Source of the DNA: Octopus vulgaris | Taxonomy: Eukaryota | Direction: 5' to 3' | DNA: 64,000 nucleotides | Assembly (NCBI GenBank): GCA_951406725.2 | Contig: OX597814.1 | Coordinates: 38,874,001-38,938,000, forward strand | Shown: positions 1 to 9,716 of the stretch, in pieces | Position numbering within the stretch: the first letter of the stretch is position 1 | Layout: every line of letters starts with the position of its first letter | The notes under the pieces: generated by a model | Told to the model about the DNA's origin: nothing | Databases searched by the model: none | What the model saw: only the letters and a program-made list of their open reading frames with translations | Position numbers and translations under genes: made by a program

Positions 1-1067
1 CCTTTCGTCACCATCACAACCTCATTATTGTCATCCCACCTCTCTTCAAGATCTGCCTTGAGTCTGCCTCAGCACAAGTGTTTTGCCTGTGTGTATGTAA
101 ATATATGTTTACTTACAAGTGAAAGGAATGGTGAGAATAAAAGAAAGGTATGAGTGAACGTCTGTGCTCCTGTGCATACGTATTTGTTGTAGTTGTGTGT
201 GTGTGTGTGATTGCGTGTATGTGCGTGCATAAACAAAATTATTAAATATTTCAACGCATAAAATCAACTAATTAAAAGTTCATCATCTATTTTTTATTGG
301 ATATTTCCATTCCTCTTTTGAACTTTTTTCACTAGTCCAACATACTTCAGGTTTTCTTATCAATGCACTCACTTCATTTTCTCTACTCCCTCTTATTCCC
401 TTCCCATCTTTTTCTATTTTCTCCTCTTAACTCGTTTTTGCTTTTATTCGGCCATTTCTTCGAGTTTTTAATCTCGTTACTTCTACCTCATTATTTTATT
501 GTCGTCTTATTTTGTTGCTCTCTTCATCATATCTTCTTCTACATCCACAGACCTTATGCAAAGGAAACTATATAGATGTGCAAATCCCATCATATTTCGA
601 TCATAACTTCTGCTCGAAGAACATCTGCACTCACAGATAAATTTCAGATTAACTTGAATAAAGAAAATAAATAAATAGCTATTTTGGCAATAGATGATGC
701 AATATGTATTATATTACAGTATATTTTATTGCATATATCTATCTGTGTATATGTGTGTGAGTGTGTGTGTGTGTATGTAAGTATATATAAACACACATAT
801 ATACATATATATATATATTTGATTTTATTCTCTTATTCTTTTACATGTGTCAGTAATCTAACTGTGGGCATATTGGAGGACATCGAACTCAGGACTTATT
901 CTTTGTAAGCCTAAGATTCCTTTTGCCAGTTCCACTCATGTAGTCTATTTGCTCGAAAGTAGGTTGCTCCAGTATTACCACAGTTAAATGTCTGTAACAA
1001 GTAAAAGAATAAAGGAATAAAATAATATATTATTACATATATATATAAATATATATATACATACACA

Positions 1068-2125
1068 TTTTTATCCAAGAGGAGGCGATGCGAACAACAA
1101 CCACAGGAACATCACAAAATGCAAAGATAGACCGAACACATACGAATCTTATATACTAATTTATATCTAAACAGTCCGACATTTTAAAAAATTTAAGTGT
1201 AAGTTAGTATTCAGAACGAGAGTGACATCCAAGAAATTTGCCATTTTAGGATTATTCTAAAAAACCATGCTCAAGTTATAAAAGTCCTTAAGAAATTCTC
1301 TAATAGAAATAGCAATAAACGTTAGATCTAAGCAATAACAAGTGAATTAAGTTTAGTAAGTATAATGAGTGGTAAACGAGATAAAACTAAAGTAATGTAA
1401 TAATTAAAAAACATAGCTTTTAGTCGAGGACTCGGTCCTGAATATGTGGCTTTGCATGTATGGGAGAATTAATAAAATTGAAACAAAATAAAATAAAATA
1501 AATTTAGTGCTGAAGTGAAATGGTCCAGATGGCGCTGTGTGCATACAATTTACTATGGCAGCTGGATCGAATTGTATGCGTATAAAGTTCAATTCCGTAT
1601 CGAAGAAAAAGTTTCTGGGAGTACGTAAATGCCGTGTTCTGAGAATGGCCAGTATGTGTTTGTGTATTTGTTCATGTTTTATATGTGATGTATAGGTAAT
1701 CCTGATGAGAGGAGTGTCAATTTTAAATACTATTTTAATTACTGATATGTCTAATATTAAATGGCACATCCCCGAAACGGCCTTCTGTATATCTTATATT
1801 TTTGTAAGCTTGTATATGTACTATATTCTATGTACTATTCGCCGGAATTTTATTCGTCTTTGGATATGCCATATTTTTATTTTATTATCATTATATTTAT
1901 TTCTCTTATACTAACAGTTGTAAGCCTGTTATATGCAAAATTTATATTTATATTCATATTTTCATTTGTATATGATACTTATACATTACTGAATTAATTT
2001 TGTTTTTAAATGTCTGAGTGTTTAGATATAAATTAGTATATAGGATTCATATGTGTTTGCACTATCTTTGAATTTTGTGATGTTCCTGTGGTTGTGGCTC
2101 GCATTGCCTCCCCTTGGATAAAAAA
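1068..2125 (+). mobile_element. Old PLE-derived element with ~120-bp inverted arms and internal hammerhead
   Basis: 1068-1190 is the diverged reverse complement of 2003-2125. TA-rich flanks. Confidence 0.7.
1687..1793 (+). ncRNA. Hammerhead-like motif, long stem II
   Basis: GATGTATAG..CTGATGA-GAGGAGTGTCA...TGGCACATCCCC-GAAA-CGGCCTTC-TGTATATC. Confidence 0.6.
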
Positions 2126-2239
2126 TAGTTTCCAGCTCATTGGAGCACTTCTATTTCCAGTCCGTTGTATATCTTGAGCGTTGTTGTCACTTAAGATATA
2201 ACTTTATATTTTGTAATATATATATTTATATATATATAT

Positions 2240-2295
2240 ATATAATTAATAATATTATACATATGTATATAGTAATTTTCTCCCTTGCACTCTTA

Positions 2296-2354
<59 letters not shown>

Positions 2355-2403
2355 TAATATTATACATATGTATATAGTAATTTTCTCCCTTGCACTCTTA
2401 ATA

Positions 2404-2408
<5 letters not shown>
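2240..2408. repeat. ~63-bp direct duplication separated by (TA)n
   Basis: ATAATTAATAATATTATACATATG...CACTCTTAATATAAT at ~2240-2302 and ~2345-2408. Confidence 0.85.
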
Positions 2409-2440
<32 letters not shown>

Positions 2441-2449
<9 letters not shown>

Positions 2450-2983
2450 TAAAAAGAATTCCAACCTTGTCTGATTTTCACGTTTTATTTACAATCTTAT
2501 AATGATATATTATAAGATAATATATTATAATTGAATAAAATAAAATGAAATAGTAGAATGTTAAATATTCATTCTGATTGAACTAGTACTTTCATGCATT
2601 GAATTCTGCAATCTTCGGGTTCATGTAGTAGTGTTGACAGTCATGCTTCACAATTTTTGACTGTAGCAAGATGAGTGATTCTGTGCTATAAATACAGCTG
2701 GGTAGGCTCCAGAGTGCTAGGTTTTGCAAACTGTATTCTGACCAATCAGTGTGTAGTATCACTCAATTACTTAAGCTGATTGGTTGGTTGAGCTGATTGG
2801 TTTAGGCATCACGCTTTGTTGGACAGGTCAAGAGTCCTGTATCTTGACCCTGGCCGAAGCAGCAATTGTTGGGTTATTTTTAGAAATGTTGTAAATATCC
2901 TTTGTCAGAGATTTTTATATTTTTATATTTCAATTGTCATCATCATCATTGTCAGCACCTTAATTATTGTTGCTAGTGGTGAT
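2441..2983 (-). repeat. PLE pseudo-LTR, 3'-most copy
   Basis: 543-bp block repeated at 6712-7254 and 10983-11525. AATAAA on the minus strand at 2484-2489. Confidence 0.9.
2579..2623 (-). ncRNA. Minimal type I hammerhead ribozyme in pseudo-LTR
   Basis: Minus strand UGAAC-CCGAAGA-UUGCA gaauucaa UGCAU-GAAA-GUAC-UA-GUUCA: stem I UGAAC/GUUCA, stem II UGCA/UGCA, palindromic stem III. Confidence 0.8.
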
Positions 2984-3117
2984 GGTGGTGGCAATAGAAC
3001 TTTTAACCCTAAATAAGATAATTTTCCTGCTATCTTCGTCTTGATCACCTTTAGTATTGTTGTTGTTGTTAGTGGTCATGGTCGTAGCAGTGGAAGTAAT
3101 ACCTCTAAGTATTATTA

Positions 3118-5445
3118 TTATTGCTTATTTAGCTTGGGTTCGAATTTATCAATAAAATTCTTTTCTCTGATTTTCCTCTCGATTTCACTTGGGCTGTGTA
3201 ATTTGTAGAATGGAAATATTATATATATTTTCCGACCACATGTTGCTAGGTGGTTACTCAAAGGTATCTGACGGACCTCTGTGTCTCTAATCTGTTGCCG
3301 GTGTACACGTGAGCGTTCTAATAGTGCGTTTCCCGTCTGACCTACATATATTTCTTCACAATTTGGGCATTTGATGCAGTAAATTAAATTTCTGCTTTTG
3401 CAGTTCATATTCGCGTTTGTGAATATTTTCCCGGTTTTTGTGTTTATATATTGACCGGTATGTATGAATTGGCATGTGCCACATCGGCTATCATTGCATT
3501 TAGATACCGTGAATGTTTGGTCTTTGTTGCTGAGGTCAAATTTTGCCTTTGTTAGTAATGTTTTCAAGTTTTTAGGCTGTCTTTTACTAAGCACCATAGC
3601 TCGATCCTTGATTATGTCTTTTAATTCATTACTTTGGGCAATGATTGGTAGGTTTGCTTTGGCAATGTTGAAGATATTCTGGTGACATGGGTTGTGTGTC
3701 ACTATGAATGGTATTACTTGTTCTTGTTTTCCTCTTCCTTGGGTTGTCCTAAGTTGTTGTATAGGTATTTTTATAGCCCGCTGTATGCCATTTTCTATAA
3801 GTAGAGATGGGTATTTTTGTTTGAGCAAAAATTCTCTTAGTTCTATTAGGCGTTTGTTCCTGATATTTGCATCTTCTACAATAGTACAAATTCTTCTGGC
3901 TAGGCAGTATGGGATGTTACGTTTTGTATGTGGTGGATGGCACGACTTAAAATTTAGGTATTGATGTGTGTCTGTGTGTTTATAGTATATATCTGTGGTG
4001 ATGGTGGTGTCTTTTTTAATTACCATTATATCCAGGAATGGTAATTTGGTACTACTCATCTCCTTTGTAAATTTGAGAGATGGGTGTAGGTTGTTCAGGA
4101 GGATATTGAACTCTTCCAGAGTATTTAGAGATTCTGTCCAGATTATGAAACAGTCGTCTAGGTATCTCTTCCATGCCTTTTCAATATACTTTCTAAATCC
4201 AGTGCCATAGTTTACCTCCACCTCTTGGTAGAGTTGTTCTTCTAAGTATCCCATTACAGAGTTGGCGTAAACGGGAGCAAACCTCGTTCCCATCGCCGTG
4301 CCTCTAATTTGGATGTAATTCTTTCCATTGAAGAAGAATGTGTTATTTTCTAGAATAAGTTTGACTGTGTCTAATATAAATGGCACTGTGAATCTGCTGG
4401 GAATCACTTCTCTATGTTTTTCTAACCAGTATTTAATCGCCTTTATTCCTAAATCGTGTGGAATATTGGTGTAGAGGCTTACCACATCAAAACTTAGTAA
4501 AACTGAATTTGTTTCTGTTGTTTTGGGAAGATGGGACAGGAAGTCGATGTCATCCCTGATGAAACTTGGTATGTAAGTACATAGTGGTTTCAAAACAATG
4601 TCAATAAAATTGCTTAGACGGTGTGTAGGGCATGCTGGACCAGCTATAATAGGTCTAAGTTTTAGGTCTTTTGGATGTAATAATTTTATGTACTCACTTT
4701 CTTGTTCTTTTACTGCCTGTTGAATGTTTTTTGATTTGTGTATTTTTGGTAAGCCGTAGAAGTTGCTGGGTTTTGGTTCAAAATTGGTGATGTAGTCTTT
4801 TTCATTATCCGTAAGTGAGTTGTGGTGTGTTGAAATCAGGTTGTTGATCTTTTTCATGATGTGGTGGTCTATATTTGCGGGTATTTCACAATAGAAGGTT
4901 GTATCCTTCAGTTGGTCTTCAACCAAATCCTTATAGTATTCGGTATCCATAATAACAATTGCACCACCTTTATCTGCTTGTTTAATTATTATTGTTTGAT
5001 CGTTTTGTATACGTTTACATGCAGACATCTCTGATTTGCTAATGTTTGGCCTAACATTGGTATTGCGTCTAAGGGGAAATTTAGACAGGATATCAATGTA
5101 TTGGTCAAGGTAGTTATTTCTTCCTTTTGGTGGGGTGAAATTTGATTTATTCCTTACTAGGGATTCATCAATCTCATTACTTTTGTTAGCGAAGAATTCT
5201 ACAAGTCGTAATTTTCGACAGAATTTTTGGATATCCTCCTTTAATTCTTGGTGGTTGGCTGTTGGTGTAGGTGTGAATTTCAGTCCTTTTGACAGAAGTT
5301 GGATTTCATCATTGTCAAGATCTCTTTTTGATAAATTAATTATTTTAGGATCTATACGTTCAGTTGTTTGGGGTATGTTTCCTCTTGGATTTTTTCTTTC
5401 TCCGGTGTTTGTTGTCCTGACGTAAAAAAATGGATTTTTTTCTGG
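3118..5445 (-). CDS. PLE ORF2 (unit 1): reverse transcriptase + Cys linker + C-terminal GIY-YIG endonuclease; frame open from 5445, first ATG at 5028
   Basis: RT motifs ADKGG, FYGLPKIHK, LRPII, SFDVVSLYTNIP, GTAMGT, RYLDD, LPFLD. Linker Cx4Cx2C (CNDSRCGTC). EN motif LIYCIKCPNC..YVGQT. The upstream in-frame extension contains the PLE N-terminal motif IINLS...LLSKGLKFTP. Confidence 0.95.
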   Translation of the reverse strand, partial: PEKNPFFYVRTTNTGERKNPRGNIPQTTERIDPKIINLSKRDLDNDEIQLLSKGLKFTPTPTANHQELKEDIQKFCRKLRLVEFFANKSNEIDESLVRNKSNFTPPKGRNNYLDQYIDILSKFPLRRNTNVRPNISKSEMSACKRIQNDQTIIIKQADKGGAIVIMDTEYYKDLVEDQLKDTTFYCEIPANIDHHIMKKINNLISTHHNSLTDNEKDYITNFEPKPSNFYGLPKIHKSKNIQQAVKEQESEYIKLLHPKDLKLRPIIAGPACPTHRLSNFIDIVLKPLCTYIPSFIRDDIDFLSHLPKTTETNSVLLSFDVVSLYTNIPHDLGIKAIKYWLEKHREVIPSRFTVPFILDTVKLILENNTFFFNGKNYIQIRGTAMGTRFAPVYANSVMGYLEEQLYQEVEVNYGTGFRKYIEKAWKRYLDDCFIIWTESLNTLEEFNILLNNLHPSLKFTKEMSSTKLPFLDIMVIKKDTTITTDIYYKHTDTHQYLNFKSCHPPHTKRNIPYCLARRICTIVEDANIRNKRLIELREFLLKQKYPSLLIENGIQRAIKIPIQQLRTTQGRGKQEQVIPFIVTHNPCHQNIFNIAKANLPIIAQSNELKDIIKDRAMVLSKRQPKNLKTLLTKAKFDLSNKDQTFTVSKCNDSRCGTCQFIHTGQYINTKTGKIFTNANMNCKSRNLIYCIKCPNCEEIYVGQTGNALLERSRVHRQQIRDTEVRQIPLSNHLATCGRKIYIIFPFYKLHSPSEIERKIREKNFIDKFEPKLNKQ

Positions 5446-6644
5446 TTATGATTTATATTCCTGTTGATGTTTGCTTGATGAATTTTGCGTTTTGGTTGTG
5501 GTACTTTACTTGGTTTCGTTATGTTTTCTGTCTTGTTTTTGGTATTATGTATGCTACTTTTCAATTTCTTGTTAGCATTGTTTTTAACCACCTGGAGAAA
5601 TGATCTGGGTTTACTTCTAGATCTAGATCGGTTTTTTGTCCAGTTTCTTGTGGGTAATCTCTGTTGAGGTCTTGAAAATGATCTCCTGTTATTTCTACTG
5701 CTAATGGTCTGTTCAAAACAATATCTATTTTGTTTGTGCTTTTTGTTCATGTTGTGTGCATTAGGGTGTTTGCATACAAAATGGGAAGAGTTCTTACCGT
5801 AGTTCGTCTTCGATTCGTGGTGAAACGGGTGTTCATGTTGCCACGTGTTCTGGTGTATGTTGCGTTGGTGAGGTTGTCCACTTTTAATGCTATTTCTCGG
5901 AGTTCTGGTGTCTTTACCGTAATTTGTAGCATATTTGTCGAGAAATAATTGTTTCCGCTGCCAAAACTTTCTTGATCTGCTTTCTTCTTTTGAGATATCT
6001 CTGATCCATAGTTCTCGCATTTTTTCTGCTATATTGCCGGTCGTTAGTTTGGATATTTCATCTCTGATTTGATCATCGATAGCTTCGTATTTGGCTTTGT
6101 AGCGGGATTGTTTAGACAGGGTAATGGAGATGTCGGTCCTGAATTTTATCAAACTAAGGTCCCATCGAAGTTTAGTTTCTTCCTCTGGTTCTCCTGCAAT
6201 TTCTTTAATTAGGTACTTCCGAGGAAGTATGGGTGCCGCTAAAGATATCCATTTCGAATGTATTTCAGCATATTTTTCGCATTTATATGCCTTCCAGAAG
6301 TTTTGTTTTCTTATGTTAAGGAGTTTTTTCCATGTCTTCTGTATCTCTTCTCTTTTTCGGTGTGCCTCTTTTTCCAGTTTTCTTTCGTTTATTTCTGACA
6401 TCCAAGGAGGTTGTGGTAGGCTTTCTCTTGTAGATTTTATAATTGTTGGTATCATTTCAGCTAAATTCTTAATTTCAGAGTTTATGTGTTCATTTCCAAG
6501 TTTTCCGTCTGTAGACTGTTTTTCTATTTCCTTTAAAATAGAGGATTGTGTGTCAATCATCGTGATGAGTGTTGATAATTTCGATGAAATTTCCATTAGA
6601 ATTCTTTCGGATTCTGTTAATTTTGTTTGTTGCTTTCCAGACAT
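5352..6644 (-). CDS. PLE ORF1 (unit 1), 430 aa, predicted coiled-coil N-half and basic/disordered C-half
   Basis: Long open frame with GCCAACATG start context. Charged helical N-terminal part, K/R/N-rich tail (RSRSRSKPR). Identical translation in both units. Confidence 0.85.
   Translation of the reverse strand: MSGKQQTKLTESERILMEISSKLSTLITMIDTQSSILKEIEKQSTDGKLGNEHINSEIKNLAEMIPTIIKSTRESLPQPPWMSEINERKLEKEAHRKREEIQKTWKKLLNIRKQNFWKAYKCEKYAEIHSKWISLAAPILPRKYLIKEIAGEPEEETKLRWDLSLIKFRTDISITLSKQSRYKAKYEAIDDQIRDEISKLTTGNIAEKMRELWIRDISKEESRSRKFWQRKQLFLDKYATNYGKDTRTPRNSIKSGQPHQRNIHQNTWQHEHPFHHESKTNYGKNSSHFVCKHPNAHNMNKKHKQNRYCFEQTISSRNNRRSFSRPQQRLPTRNWTKNRSRSRSKPRSFLQVVKNNANKKLKSSIHNTKNKTENITKPSKVPQPKRKIHQANINRNINHNQKKIHFFTSGQQTPEKEKIQEETYPKQLNV
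5424..5430 (-). promoter_or_regulatory. Candidate -1 ribosomal frameshift heptamer U_UUU_UUU (unit 1)
   Basis: ORF1 reads CAT TTT TTT ACG. The -1 frame reads CCA TTT TTT TAC and continues into the RT without a stop. Confidence 0.65.
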
Positions 6645-6711
6645 GTTGGCATATACACAATAGGAATATAGATATATATATATATGGGTGGGTGTGATTG
6701 TGTATAGAAGA

Positions 6712-7254
6712 ATATATTAATAAAAAGAATTCCAACCTTGTCTGATTTTCACGTTTTATTTACAATCTTATAATGATATATTATAAGATAATATATTATA
6801 ATTGAATAAAATAAAATGAAATAGTAGAATGTTAAATATTCATTCTGATTGAACTAGTACTTTCATGCATTGAATTCTGCAATCTTCGGGTTCATGTAGT
6901 AGTGTTGACAGTCATGCTTCACAATTTTTGACTGTAGCAAGATGAGTGATTCTGTGCTATAAATACAGCTGGGTAGGCTCCAGAGTGCTAGGTTTTGCAA
7001 ACTGTATTCTGACCAATCAGTGTGTAGTATCACTCAATTACTTAAGCTGATTGGTTGGTTGAGCTGATTGGTTTAGGCATCACGCTTTGTTGGACAGGTC
7101 AAGAGTCCTGTATCTTGACCCTGGCCGAAGCAGCAATTGTTGGGTTATTTTTAGAAATGTTGTAAATATCCTTTGTCAGAGATTTTTATATTTTTATATT
7201 TCAATTGTCATCATCATCATTGTCAGCACCTTAATTATTGTTGCTAGTGGTGAT
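6712..7254 (-). repeat. PLE pseudo-LTR, middle copy
   Basis: Direct repeat of 2441-2983. Confidence 0.9.
6850..6894 (-). ncRNA. Minimal hammerhead ribozyme, copy 2
   Basis: Same sequence as 2579-2623. Confidence 0.8.
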
Positions 7255-7388
7255 GGTGGTGGCAATAGAACTTTTAACCCTAAATAAGATAATTTTCCTG
7301 CTATCTTCGTCTTGATCACCTTTAGTATTGTTGTTGTTGTTAGTGGTCATGGTCGTAGCAGTGGAAGTAATACCTCTAAGTATTATTA

Positions 7389-9716
7389 TTATTGCTTATT
7401 TAGCTTGGGTTCGAATTTATCAATAAAATTCTTTTCTCTGATTTTCCTCTCGATTTCACTTGGGCTGTGTAATTTGTAGAATGGAAATATTATATATATT
7501 TTCCGACCACATGTTGCTAGGTGGTTACTCAAAGGTATCTGACGGACCTCTGGGTCTCTAATCTGTTGCCGGTGTACACGTGAGCGTTCTAATAGTGCGT
7601 TTCCCGTCTGACCTACATATATTTCTTCACAATTTGGGCATTTGATGCAGTAAATTAAATTTCTGCTTTTGCAGTTCATATTCGCGTTTGTGAATATTTT
7701 CCCGGTTTTTGTGTTTATATATTGACCGGTATGTATGAATTGGCATGTGCCACATCGGCTATCATTGCATTTAGATACCGTGAATGTTTGGTCTTTGTTG
7801 CTGAGGTCAAATTTTGCCTTTGTTAGTAATGTTTTCAAGTTTTTAGGCTGTCTTTTACTAAGCACCATAGCTCGATCCTTGATTATGTCTTTTAATTCAT
7901 TACTTTGGGCAATGATTGGTAGGTTTGCTTTGGCAATGTTGAAGATATTCTGGTGACATGGGTTGTGTGTCACTATGAATGGTATTACTTGTTCTTGTTT
8001 TCCTCTTCCTTGGGTTGTCCTAAGTTGTTGTATAGGTATTTTTATAGCCCGCTGTATGCCATTTTCTATAAGTAGAGATGGGTATTTTTGTTTGAGCAAA
8101 AATTCTCTTAGTTCTATTAGGCGTTTGTTCCTGATATTTGCATCTTCTACAATAGTACAAATTCTTCTGGCTAGGCAGTATGGGATGTTACGTTTTGTAT
8201 GTGGTGGATGGCACGACTTAAAATTTAGGTATTGATGTGTGTCTGTGTGTTTATAGTATATATCTGTGGTGATGGTGGTGTCTTTTTTAATTACCATTAT
8301 ATCCAGGAATGGTAATTTGGTACTACTCATCTCCTTTGTAAATTTGAGAGATGGGTGTAGGTTGTTCAGGAGGATATTGAACTCTTCCAGAGTATTTAGA
8401 GATTCTGTCCAGATTATGAAACAGTCGTCTAGGTATCTCTTCCATGCCTTTTCAATATACTTTCTAAATCCAGTGCCATAGTTTACCTCCACCTCTTGGT
8501 AGAGTTGTTCTTCTAAGTATCCCATTACAGAGTTGGCGTAAACGGGAGCAAACCTCGTTCCCATCGCCGTGCCTCTAATTTGGATGTAATTCTTTCCATT
8601 GAAGAAGAATGTGTTATTTTCTAGAATAAGTTTGACTGTGTCTAATATAAATGGCACTGTGAATCTGCTGGGAATCACTTCTCTATGTTTTTCTAACCAG
8701 TATTTAATCGCCTTTATTCCTAAATCGTGTGGAATATTGGTGTAGAGGCTTACCACATCAAAACTTAGTAAAACTGAATTTGTTTCTGTTGTTTTGGGAA
8801 GATGGGACAGGAAGTCGATGTCATCCCTGATGAAACTTGGTATGTAAGTACATAGTGGTTTCAAAACAATGTCAATAAAATTGCTTAGACGGTGTGTAGG
8901 GCATGCTGGACCAGCTATAATAGGTCTAAGTTTTAGGTCTTTTGGATGTAATAATTTTATGTACTCACTTTCTTGTTCTTTTACTGCCTGTTGAATGTTT
9001 TTTGATTTGTGTATTTTTGGTAAGCCGTAGAAGTTGCTGGGTTTTGGTTCAAAATTGGTGATGTAGTCTTTTTCATTATCCGTAAGTGAGTTGTGGTGTG
9101 TTGAAATCAGGTTGTTGATCTTTTTCATGATGTGGTGGTCTATATTTGCGGGTATTTCACAATAGAAGGTTGTATCCTTCAGTTGGTCTTCAACCAAATC
9201 CTTATAGTATTCGGTATCCATAATAACAATTGCACCACCTTTATCTGCTTGTTTAATTATTATTGTTTGATCGTTTTGTATACGTTTACATGCAGACATC
9301 TCTGATTTGCTAATGTTTGGCCTAACATTGGTATTGCGTCTAAGGGGAAATTTAGACAGGATATCAATGTATTGGTCAAGGTAGTTATTTCTTCCTTTTG
9401 GTGGGGTGAAATTTGATTTATTCCTTACTAGGGATTCATCAATCTCATTACTTTTGTTAGCGAAGAATTCTACAAGTCGTAATTTTCGACAGAATTTTTG
9501 GATATCCTCCTTTAATTCTTGGTGGTTGGCTGTTGGTGTAGGTGTGAATTTCAGTCCTTTTGACAGAAGTTGGATTTCATCATTGTCAAGATCTCTTTTT
9601 GATAAATTAATTATTTTAGGATCTATACGTTCAGTTGTTTGGGGTATGTTTCCTCTTGGATTTTTTCTTTCTCCGGTGTTTGTTGTCCTGACGTAAAAAA
9701 ATGGATTTTTTTCTGG
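7389..9716 (-). CDS. PLE ORF2 (unit 2): RT + GIY-YIG; first ATG at 9299
   Basis: Same protein as unit 1 except IRDPEV versus IRDTEV (7553 G vs 3282 T). Confidence 0.95.
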   Translation of the reverse strand, partial: PEKNPFFYVRTTNTGERKNPRGNIPQTTERIDPKIINLSKRDLDNDEIQLLSKGLKFTPTPTANHQELKEDIQKFCRKLRLVEFFANKSNEIDESLVRNKSNFTPPKGRNNYLDQYIDILSKFPLRRNTNVRPNISKSEMSACKRIQNDQTIIIKQADKGGAIVIMDTEYYKDLVEDQLKDTTFYCEIPANIDHHIMKKINNLISTHHNSLTDNEKDYITNFEPKPSNFYGLPKIHKSKNIQQAVKEQESEYIKLLHPKDLKLRPIIAGPACPTHRLSNFIDIVLKPLCTYIPSFIRDDIDFLSHLPKTTETNSVLLSFDVVSLYTNIPHDLGIKAIKYWLEKHREVIPSRFTVPFILDTVKLILENNTFFFNGKNYIQIRGTAMGTRFAPVYANSVMGYLEEQLYQEVEVNYGTGFRKYIEKAWKRYLDDCFIIWTESLNTLEEFNILLNNLHPSLKFTKEMSSTKLPFLDIMVIKKDTTITTDIYYKHTDTHQYLNFKSCHPPHTKRNIPYCLARRICTIVEDANIRNKRLIELREFLLKQKYPSLLIENGIQRAIKIPIQQLRTTQGRGKQEQVIPFIVTHNPCHQNIFNIAKANLPIIAQSNELKDIIKDRAMVLSKRQPKNLKTLLTKAKFDLSNKDQTFTVSKCNDSRCGTCQFIHTGQYINTKTGKIFTNANMNCKSRNLIYCIKCPNCEEIYVGQTGNALLERSRVHRQQIRDPEVRQIPLSNHLATCGRKIYIIFPFYKLHSPSEIERKIREKNFIDKFEPKLNKQ

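Noticed and set aside
3118-5445. Selenocysteine (in-frame UGA) recoding as reported for some PLEs
   Set aside because: No in-frame TGA in ORF2; it ends at TAA.
6124-6663. 179-aa plus-strand ORF and other short ORFs inside the PLE
   Set aside because: Antisense shadows of the minus-strand ORFs, with no motifs.
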